Of a DNA stretch of 28,513 nt, positions 1 through 6,598 are shown piece by piece (position 1 is the first letter of the stretch; each line of letters starts with the position of its first letter). The translations under genes and the position numbers were made by a program. Under the pieces are notes generated by a model. The model saw only the letters and a list, made by a program, of their open reading frames with translations. It did not search any database and was not told the origin of the DNA. The stretch covers positions 1-28,513 of the IMG/VR virus record IMGVR_UViG_3300017911_001977; one strand, given 5' to 3'. The stretch is from a virus (taxonomy: Duplodnaviria; Caudoviricetes).

Positions 1-1
1 A

Positions 2-175
2 CATACAAAATATTCGACAAGTATAGATGGTAAAGTTGTTTTGCATATAACTAATGAGATTGGTTGCGGTTCCTTGTCGCGCTCAAATCAACGTGTTTTT
101 TTAGATGAAAATATTAAAGATGTTTACAAAGACGGACTGGATCAAATACGCAAGATAGTGAATAACTGTCTGTAA
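2..175 (+). CDS. Partial hypothetical protein (3' end)
   Basis: Frame 2 is open from the window start to TAA at 173-175 (HTKYSTSIDGKVVLHITNEIG...IRKIVNNCL*). Translated by hand; not in the ORF track. Confidence 0.55.
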   Translation, partial: HTKYSTSIDGKVVLHITNEIGCGSLSRSNQRVFLDENIKDVYKDGLDQIRKIVNNCL

Positions 176-200
176 AAGAAAATAACCATGGCAAGAATGA

Positions 201-692
201 TTGACCTATAAAGCACGAGGAAAAAAAACAAGTCTTTGTTTAAAATGTGGGGTTGTTGAGGAAGAGCATAGGGAAAGATGCCATATTGTAACCATGCCTC
301 TATGGGTGAAGATATTTTTGTTTGGTTGGCTTTGGGAATGGTTGTATTTATGGTTATTTGATAGACCAAAATTTCATTTATTTCATAGTGAAGGAGAATC
401 CGCACGTTATGCCAATTTATTATATGTTTATAAATTGGGGGCTTTATCTAATCTTAGGATTCAAGTTCCTTTTAAGCTTTCTAAAGGAAAGTATTATGCA
501 GATTTTACATATTGGGATAAAAGGCTTGTTAGTTTTATGCACCCTAATGGTCGCTTTGTCGTTGAGGACTACAAAGGCAGGTATGAGGGTGATATATTCA
601 AGAAAAAATGGGCAGAAATGCAAAAATTATACCCAAAAAACTATTACAAAATATCAGATAAACCAAGTGGAATAAAACTTAAAAAAGGGTAA
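201..692 (+). CDS. DUF1064-family PD-(D/E)xK endonuclease with an N-terminal Cys/Trp-rich insertion
   Basis: Motifs Y-x-A-x-x-KKT, F-H-S-x-x-E-x-x-R-Y, LRIQVPF, YYADFTY, VVEDYKG and KKK match the DUF1064 pattern. TTG start is uncertain. Confidence 0.8.
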   Translation: MTYKARGKKTSLCLKCGVVEEEHRERCHIVTMPLWVKIFLFGWLWEWLYLWLFDRPKFHLFHSEGESARYANLLYVYKLGALSNLRIQVPFKLSKGKYYADFTYWDKRLVSFMHPNGRFVVEDYKGRYEGDIFKKKWAEMQKLYPKNYYKISDKPSGIKLKKG

Positions 693-694
693 AC

Positions 695-1000
695 ATGGAT
701 AATATTATACAATTTCCTCAAGATAGGATAGCAACCACCGTCAATAATGAGAAAGATTGCCTTGTATATTCTTTTGGTGATTATTTGATATGTAGAGCGA
801 TTGAGAATGGTGATGTTTCATTTAGTCGTATTTGCCATTTTTACGGGCGTGAGAATGACTTTGAAGAAACAGAGCTAATGAAACAAACTAGGGAATTATT
901 GCAGGATTATGAACAGTTTACAAGGGCAGTAGAAGTGAAAGACCTTAGACAAATTGTTAAGATCCTCCAAAAATTAGTAAATTTTATTCATTTACATTAA
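695..1000 (+). CDS. Hypothetical protein
   Basis: ATG 2 nt after the previous stop, with AAGGG upstream. N-terminal 'NIIQFP' is typical of phage small proteins. The stop overlaps the convergent gene's stop in TTAA 997-1000. Confidence 0.7.
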   Translation: MDNIIQFPQDRIATTVNNEKDCLVYSFGDYLICRAIENGDVSFSRICHFYGRENDFEETELMKQTRELLQDYEQFTRAVEVKDLRQIVKILQKLVNFIHLH

Positions 1001-1734
1001 GCAAGCCAGCGATTAAATTGGTCTTTTAATAACTTAGTAAGCTTTTCGCGATGGTCAAATTGCGTTACTATGAGAATGTCTTTTTGAATATTCAAAGCAA
1101 GATCATTTATGCTTGTTTGATCATTCCATGTTTCACAAATTGCCTTTAAAATTTTTTCTTTAGTGTTATTAGTTGCGTTTGTTCTCGTATAAAGTTTTAA
1201 TATTTCATATAAAATCTTTTCCAGTCGTGGATTAGGCTTTTCCTCATTCCAATTAAGGGTTGTAATTTTTTTATTTTCTGATTCGTTCATATTCTCTTTT
1301 TTGTTGAGGGTTTTATATGCCCATTTTTTAAAATTAATTATATTAAATTCCGCTGCTCTTTGCTCGCCTTTTATCCATTGTTTTAATGCTGAATAATGAA
1401 CGCCTGTATTTCTTTGCATTTCATAAAAGGTATAACCTTCTTTTAATAATTGATTGATCATGGTTTTTGTTTCATGATCAATATCTTGTCTTTTGTTAAG
1501 CTTATAATTCTTAAGTGGGATAAGTTTTCTTTTCCTTTTTTTTAATTTTACATGATCTTTATTGTTTTCAAAAAATCTTTCATATTTTTCAATATATCTA
1601 GCTAATATAGGCAGATCTTTATAATAGGTATATTCTAATTGATTTGGTGTTATGCCTATCCCGTCAGCGATTTCTCGCATTTCCCAATTTAAATCTTTAA
1701 AATGATCGATAAATTCTCTAGCATTATACTTCAT
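997..1734 (-). CDS. Protein with two XRE/Cro-like HTH domains and a helical C-terminal domain
   Basis: HTH-like segments WEMREIADGIGITPNQL and GYTFYEMQRNTGVHYSALKQWIKG, separated by a Lys/Arg-rich linker. Confidence 0.65.
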   Translation of the reverse strand: MKYNAREFIDHFKDLNWEMREIADGIGITPNQLEYTYYKDLPILARYIEKYERFFENNKDHVKLKKRKRKLIPLKNYKLNKRQDIDHETKTMINQLLKEGYTFYEMQRNTGVHYSALKQWIKGEQRAAEFNIINFKKWAYKTLNKKENMNESENKKITTLNWNEEKPNPRLEKILYEILKLYTRTNATNNTKEKILKAICETWNDQTSINDLALNIQKDILIVTQFDHREKLTKLLKDQFNRWLA

Positions 1735-1772
1735 TATTATTTACTTTCTTAGTGAAGTTTTTATTTTTCTTC

Positions 1773-1908
1773 TTTTATTGTTTTTTCATAGAATTTATTA
1801 AATTTATGTAGCAAGAAAGTAGAGGGTTCTGAGTGTCCATTTTTATTGTTTTTTCATAGAATTTATTAAATTTATGTAGCAAGGGAGTAGAGGGTTCTGA
1901 GTGTCCAT
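1773..1908. repeat. 68-bp tandem direct duplication (1773-1840 / 1841-1908), 2 mismatches
   Basis: ttttattgttttttcatagaatttattaaatttatgtagcaag[aa/gg]agtagagggttctgagtgtccat occurs twice head to tail. Confidence 0.97.
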
Positions 1909-2014
1909 GATACCAATTATAAATAGTTTGATTGCTTACCTCTAATTGTTGAGCTATTCTGTAGCGTGTCCAACCGATATTTTTTAGTGTGATTATTTTG
2001 TCTTTTATTGTCAT
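1775..2014 (-). CDS. Cro/XRE-family HTH regulator with a duplication-derived C-terminal tail
   Basis: GWTRYRIAQQLEVSNQTIYNWYHG..EP is a classic XRE/Cro HTH. ATGA overlap with the upstream gene at 2011-2014. Confidence 0.85.
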   Translation of the reverse strand: MTIKDKIITLKNIGWTRYRIAQQLEVSNQTIYNWYHGHSEPSTPLLHKFNKFYEKTIKMDTQNPLLSCYINLINSMKKQ

Positions 2015-2463
2015 TGTGTTAGTTCCTTTCCATTAATTATTACCTTGCCATAAAGAGACCAGTGTTTCCCTTTGGGGTGCCCAGATTCGATACTGTCACA
2101 TATTAAATTACACTTAGTATAACAGCAGGAATGATAAGAAATATTTCTTGCTGTTATAGAAAATGCGCTTATATCCCATGCTTTTATATCCCGTGCTTTT
2201 ATAATCCTTGCGCGTATATTCCATGCCCATATACGCCATGCATTTATATTATGTGCATCTATATCTTTAGCATTTATATTTTTTGCATCGATATTATATG
2301 CATCTATATTATTTACATTTATATCTTTTACCCATATACGCTGCGCCTTTATGACTAATTTAGGCATATTAAGATCAAAATTTATATTAATATCACCATC
2401 AATGGATAAAGTATCATCTACTATATCTTTTTGTAGTTCTTCTAGTGTGTTGTATATTATCAT
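2011..2463 (-). CDS. I-x-A-x-x pentapeptide-periodic (beta-solenoid-like) protein
   Basis: About 14 consecutive 5-residue units (IKAQR IWVKD INVNN IDAYN IDAKN INAKD IDAHN INAWR IWAWN IRARI IKARD IKAWD ISAFS ITARN). RBS ACGAAAGG upstream. Confidence 0.8.
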   Translation of the reverse strand: MIIYNTLEELQKDIVDDTLSIDGDININFDLNMPKLVIKAQRIWVKDINVNNIDAYNIDAKNINAKDIDAHNINAWRIWAWNIRARIIKARDIKAWDISAFSITARNISYHSCCYTKCNLICDSIESGHPKGKHWSLYGKVIINGKELTQ

Positions 2464-2486
2464 TGTTTTACCTTTCGTTATATTAT

Positions 2487-2504
2487 GCCCCCTTAATGGG
2501 GAGC
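2487..2504 (-). other. Small GC-rich intergenic hairpin (mRNA processing/stabilising element or weak terminator)
   Basis: Minus strand GCTCCCCATTAAGGGGGC forms a ~6-bp stem between the ArdC-N gene and the solenoid gene. No U-tract follows on the minus strand. Confidence 0.5.
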
Positions 2505-2511
2505 GTTTTAA

Positions 2512-2892
2512 TTATGCGGCTTGCTTGTTTTCTATTGGCTCGACTTGATTAGAAGAAAAAATACAAGCTTGAAAAAAGCGATTTCCTTTTATGTCTTCTC
2601 CTGTTTCTTTGCTTTCTCCTATTTTGTAAGATTTAGGTGCCGAAAAAATGCGGTAACATTTCTCTCCTTTTTTTACTTTAAAGCCTTTGTCTTTCCATTG
2701 TTTGAAAGTATAAAATTCGCTTGTTCCCTCTATTCTTTCATAAATGCTTGTTATATAACTGTTTAATGTTGGGAATATTTCATATCCGTATTTTTTAAAG
2801 GACTCTTTGTTTGCTTTTTCTTTGCCGGCTTTGAATGATCCCACCATTTTGTAAAAATCATCTTTTGATATGCCTTTGTGTGCGTTTGTCAT
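2512..2892 (-). CDS. Stand-alone ArdC N-terminal-like ssDNA-binding domain protein (DUF1738-like)
   Basis: Motif FYTFKQWKDKGFKVKKGEK...I..P and C-terminal F..A.IF...QVE match ArdC-N. Start placed at the ATG at 2892 because it follows RBS AACGAAAGGAAAC, which shares the AACGAAAGG core with the RBS before 2463. Confidence 0.8.
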   Translation of the reverse strand: MTNAHKGISKDDFYKMVGSFKAGKEKANKESFKKYGYEIFPTLNSYITSIYERIEGTSEFYTFKQWKDKGFKVKKGEKCYRIFSAPKSYKIGESKETGEDIKGNRFFQACIFSSNQVEPIENKQAA

Positions 2893-2920
2893 GTTGTTTC
2901 CTTTCGTTGTTTGCAATGCT

Positions 2921-2949
2921 AATATATACTAATATATGCTAACAATCAA
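2921..2949 (-). promoter_or_regulatory. Leftward sigma70-type promoter for the minus-strand cassette
   Basis: Minus strand TTGATT (2949-2944), 17 nt, TATATT (2926-2921). Overlapped by 10-bp-phased CTAATATAT repeats. Confidence 0.55.
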
Positions 2950-2987
2950 TCCCTAAAATCAAAAAAAAGTGAATTAATTTAATTAGT

Positions 2988-3016
2988 TTGATTTTATCTT
3001 TGATATCATGTATTAT
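2988..3016 (+). promoter_or_regulatory. Rightward sigma70-type promoter for the late/packaging operon
   Basis: TTGATT (2988-2993), 17 nt, TATTAT (3011-3016) in the divergent intergenic region. Confidence 0.5.
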
Positions 3017-3041
3017 TAAATAAATATTAATATTTAAATAT

Positions 3042-3659
3042 GTGTCTAAAATTCACACTTTCAAACAGAATGGAAAGCTTATGCAAATAAAAGACGGTTC
3101 AATGAGATTAATCATTCCAACGGTAAGAGGAAAACATGAATTTCCACTTGAAAGCATTGTATCAAGTGAAAATTATGAAACAGAATTACCCGAACTTTTT
3201 AATTTGAATAAAGAAGCCTATATCTTATCAAAAAAAGAGAATGAATTTAGCTTTAAAAAGCTTTCAAAATTTCAAGAAGCTGTAAATGATTTAAACATGG
3301 CAGTCCTTACAGAGAATGAAAGGCATAAAAAAGCCAAAGAAGGGATTGCAGAAACATTCAAGGATTTATTTAAAGAAGCAATTACAGAATTGACCGATCC
3401 AGTAGTAGAGAAATACAAGCCTGAACTTACTGAGTTAAGTATTAATAGTGTAGATCCTTTACAAGGGCTTATAGTACTTGAAGCTTCAAAAGCACAAAAC
3501 CCCGAAGATTTAAAAAAAATAGATCGTGTTACTATCCCATTCGATGCTCATGAGAAGCCCGAAGCAATCGAGGAATCAGAATTTGAGGAAGTGCCAAGAG
3601 AGGAAGAAAAAGTAGAGGAAAGAAAAGACCTTACATTTGTGAAATCTCCTTTAATGTAG
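3042..3659 (+). CDS. Hypothetical acidic/coiled-coil protein upstream of terminase
   Basis: 205-aa ORF with a central helical segment and a Glu-rich tail. GTG start is uncertain (alternative ATG at 3081). Confidence 0.7.
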   Translation: MSKIHTFKQNGKLMQIKDGSMRLIIPTVRGKHEFPLESIVSSENYETELPELFNLNKEAYILSKKENEFSFKKLSKFQEAVNDLNMAVLTENERHKKAKEGIAETFKDLFKEAITELTDPVVEKYKPELTELSINSVDPLQGLIVLEASKAQNPEDLKKIDRVTIPFDAHEKPEAIEESEFEEVPREEEKVEERKDLTFVKSPLM

Positions 3660-3689
3660 TAATATATTTATATTGTGTTAATTTTTTAA

Positions 3690-4283
3690 ATGTCTAAAAA
3701 CAAAAAAAGAAAAAAAGAACTTCTTGCCAAAATGACAGAGAGGCAAAAATTGTTTTGTACGCATTATATAAATAATGGGATGAATGCCACAAAAGCCGCA
3801 GAAAAAGCAGGATATGCAGAAAAAAATGCTAGGTCGACAGGGTACGAAAACACTACAAAACCCTACATGAAGGAATATATTTACATTTTATTGCAAGAAA
3901 AATGTGACAGAATTAATATGAAAGGCGATGAAGTCCTTATGAGATCGTCAATGCTTGCGCGTGCTAACGTAGCAGATTTTTACAAAAAAGATGAAGACGG
4001 AAATATTAAACTGAGCATTGATCCTTTAGACTATGATTTAATGTATTGCGTGGACGAGATAACTACAAAAACAAACTCAGAAAATGAAGTTATAGAAACA
4101 AAAATCAAACTTGCTGACCGTCAAAAAGCATTAAAAGACGCAGGAAACCATAATAGAATTAATTGCTTTAACAACTCTAGTAAAAGTGAATTAGATATAG
4201 GAGACAATCTCAAAGAAGCTTTACAGGGCAATGAGTTGGCCGCAAAATTGGCTTTTTTGCTTTCTAGTCAAGAATCGAAATAA
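3690..4283 (+). CDS. terS: Terminase small subunit
   Basis: MTERQKLFC..YI...NATKAA.KAGY..K.A...G..N..KP is the Terminase_2 HTH signature. Lies directly upstream of TerL with a TAATG overlap. Confidence 0.92.
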   Translation: MSKNKKRKKELLAKMTERQKLFCTHYINNGMNATKAAEKAGYAEKNARSTGYENTTKPYMKEYIYILLQEKCDRINMKGDEVLMRSSMLARANVADFYKKDEDGNIKLSIDPLDYDLMYCVDEITTKTNSENEVIETKIKLADRQKALKDAGNHNRINCFNNSSKSELDIGDNLKEALQGNELAAKLAFLLSSQESK

Positions 4284-5905
4284 TGAAATTATTAGATGAG
4301 ATTTTAGAGAGGGTTAATTCATTAACAGAGGAAAAACAAAAAGAAATTATATTACTTGCTGAACAAGCAACAAAAGAAATGATTTTAATTCCGAATCCGG
4401 GGCCGCAGACAATGGCTTATAATTCAAAAGCCGACATATTATTGTTTGGTGGCACGCCGGGCAGTTCTAAATCCGCTTTAGGGTTAGGATTAGCGCTTAA
4501 TCCAGTTCATAAAAACTCTTTAATTATACGCCGGCAATTTGCAGATTTATCCGGGCTTGTCGATGATGCAAAGCGTTTACTTTCTCAAAGTGGTAAAGGT
4601 TTAAATGGATTTGTTAGCGGCAATCGTCCCTCATATACAAAACCTACAGGTGGAAAAATATATTTTGAAGGTTTGGAAACCAAGGGGGGCATTGATTATG
4701 GTAAACAGGGTAGACCTTTTGATTTAATATATGTAGATGAAGGCGCGCAATTACCACAGGAAGCTATTTTAATGCTTGTGGGTTGGTTGAGGACTGTTGA
4801 CCCTACCCAAAGAACACGCCTGGTTATTGGTACGAATCCGCCTTTAGACTCTACAGGTGATTGGATGTGTGAATTTTTTGCTCCGTGGCTAGATGATACC
4901 CATGTTAATCCAGCAAAATGTGGTGAACTTAGATTTTTTATAATGGATGACAATGGGCAGTCACAAGAAGTGGAAAGCGAGGAGGAAATTGTTATAAATG
5001 GAAAAAAATATAAACCTCATTCTCGTTCTGTTATCCGTTCCACGCATAGAGACAACCCTTATATTGATTCAGAAGCTTATGAAAAAAAATTACAATTAAT
5101 CCCTGAACCTCAGCGTTCAATTCTCTTAAATGGCGAATTTATGAACGCAAGGGGGGATCAAGATTATCAAGTAATTCCTACACAATGGGTAAAGGATGCT
5201 GTTGATAGGTGGAAAAAACATCCTTATCCGCCGGAGGGCGTGCCAATGTGCAATATGGGGGTTGATATTGCTATGGGTGGAAAAGATAAAACAGTCATTG
5301 CAGTAAGGTATGATTATTGGTTTGATAGATTGATTAAAGTTGAAGGTAAAAATACACCTTATGGGCGTGATGTTGCTGGTCATATAGTTCAAAATAGAAA
5401 AGACAATGCAGAAATTACACTTGATATGAGTGGGGGGTTTGGAAGTGGGGCGTATGAATGTTTAATTGATAATTTAGGAAAAAACTTTATTAAGTCATAT
5501 AAAGGGGGTGAAAGTACAGCAAAAAGAACAAGAGACCGTCAATTTTCTTTTTTCAATGTTCGTTCAGCCGCTTATTATTTATTTAGAGAAGCATTAGATC
5601 CGAATCAAATAGGAGGCTCTTGCATTTGTTTGCCTGATGATAGAGAGTTAATATCAGATTTAACAGCGCCAACTTTTGAAATAACAACAAGGGGTATTCA
5701 AATAACACCTAAAAACAAACTTATAGAAAAAATGGGGCGTTCCCCTGATTGTGGTGATGCCGTTGTAATGGCTTTTTGGAATGGTCGTATAGGTATAAAT
5801 CCAGAAAGAAAAGTATATAATGACATACGAATGAGGGGTAAAGAATTTAACAATTTGCAAAAAACTTCAAATATGGGGTATAGTAACAGAAGAAGAAAGG
5901 CTTGA
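4283..5905 (+). CDS. terL: Terminase large subunit
   Basis: PNPGPQ motif, Walker A-like GGTPGSSKS, Walker B LIYVDEG, coupling motif GTNPP, RNase H-like GVDIAMGGKDKT and C-terminal GRSPDCGDA. Confidence 0.95.
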   Translation: MKLLDEILERVNSLTEEKQKEIILLAEQATKEMILIPNPGPQTMAYNSKADILLFGGTPGSSKSALGLGLALNPVHKNSLIIRRQFADLSGLVDDAKRLLSQSGKGLNGFVSGNRPSYTKPTGGKIYFEGLETKGGIDYGKQGRPFDLIYVDEGAQLPQEAILMLVGWLRTVDPTQRTRLVIGTNPPLDSTGDWMCEFFAPWLDDTHVNPAKCGELRFFIMDDNGQSQEVESEEEIVINGKKYKPHSRSVIRSTHRDNPYIDSEAYEKKLQLIPEPQRSILLNGEFMNARGDQDYQVIPTQWVKDAVDRWKKHPYPPEGVPMCNMGVDIAMGGKDKTVIAVRYDYWFDRLIKVEGKNTPYGRDVAGHIVQNRKDNAEITLDMSGGFGSGAYECLIDNLGKNFIKSYKGGESTAKRTRDRQFSFFNVRSAAYYLFREALDPNQIGGSCICLPDDRELISDLTAPTFEITTRGIQITPKNKLIEKMGRSPDCGDAVVMAFWNGRIGINPERKVYNDIRMRGKEFNNLQKTSNMGYSNRRRKA

Positions 5906-5907
5906 TT

Positions 5908-6036
5908 ATGAAAATTAAAAATCTTTTTATCAATGTTAATTTAAGCAAAAAAAAAGAATTACTTGTTAAGGATAAAAAAAATTCTTCCAAAAAATCCAAT
6001 TTAACAACTAAAAAAACTAATAATAAAAAAAAATAA
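5908..6036 (+). CDS. Small very basic hypothetical protein (42 aa)
   Basis: Hand-translated MKIKNLFINVNLSKKKELLVKDKKNSSKKSNLTTKKTNNKKK*. Fills the gap between TerL and the next ORF, with AAGG upstream. Confidence 0.45.
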   Translation: MKIKNLFINVNLSKKKELLVKDKKNSSKKSNLTTKKTNNKKK

Positions 6037-6037
6037 T

Positions 6038-6217
6038 ATGAAGACTCCAAAAATACCAAAACCTGAACCAATGCCTGTAATGCCAACACCTGACGATGAA
6101 GTTATAAAAATGGCTAGAAAAAAACAAATTGCAAAGCGTCTAAAAAAAGGCGGTCGATTAAGTACAGTATTGACACAAAAAAACAGAGAAAAATTAGGAG
6201 TTCAAGATTATGACTAA
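6038..6217 (+). CDS. Small Pro-rich/basic pre-portal virion protein (59 aa)
   Basis: Hand-translated MKTPKIPKPEPMPVMPTPDDEVIKMARKKQIAKRLKKGGRLSTVLTQKNREKLGVQDYD*. The Pro-rich start, basic helix and GRxST(V/I)LT motif are typical of the small gene before the portal in podoviruses. Below the ORF-track length cutoff. Confidence 0.8.
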   Translation: MKTPKIPKPEPMPVMPTPDDEVIKMARKKQIAKRLKKGGRLSTVLTQKNREKLGVQDYD

Positions 6218-6596
6218 AACAGCAAAGAAAGTTTATAAACCTATTGAAAGCACTGTAAAAAGGGCAGGGCGCACATTTGAAGATGTTTCTAAAGATGCAT
6301 TAGGAGCAGGTGACGACATAGCAAGAGGTGATTTTAAAGGAGCTAAAGATCGTATTAAAAAAGGGAAATTACAAACTAAAAAATTAGTAAAAGATAATCT
6401 GGCAGGATTAGACGACATAAGAAGAATGGATTTTGAAGGTGCTACGCAAAGAGCTTTATCTGACAAAATAAATGTTGTTCGGTCTAATGATGATCCTTAC
6501 AAAAGACATATGGGTTTAAAAGAAAATCGCAATGTTGCAAGAAAAAAAAGGCGTGGTTTAGGTCTTGCAAATTTAAGGAATAGAAACAAGGCTTAA
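6210..6596 (+). CDS. Basic hypothetical protein with an internal 33-aa-spaced repeat
   Basis: RBS AGGAG upstream. Repeats DDIARGDFKGA / DDIRRMDFEGA. Ends 2 nt before the portal ATG. Confidence 0.75.
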   Translation: MTKTAKKVYKPIESTVKRAGRTFEDVSKDALGAGDDIARGDFKGAKDRIKKGKLQTKKLVKDNLAGLDDIRRMDFEGATQRALSDKINVVRSNDDPYKRHMGLKENRNVARKKRRGLGLANLRNRNKA

Positions 6597-6598
6597 AT

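Noticed and set aside
142-675. Alternative ORFs 142-405 (-) and 322-675 (+)
   Set aside because: Both overlap the motif-supported DUF1064 gene and have no recognisable features.
1773-1908. 68-bp repeat pair as a DGR template/variable repeat (mismatches are A vs G on the + strand)
   Set aside because: There are only two adjacent mismatches, the copies are directly tandem, the coding-strand differences are T/C rather than at adenines, and no reverse transcriptase or Avd gene is in the window.
2131-2358. + strand Cys/Ile/Tyr-rich repetitive ORF
   Set aside because: It is the antisense shadow of the IxAxx repeat gene and has no RBS or independent support.
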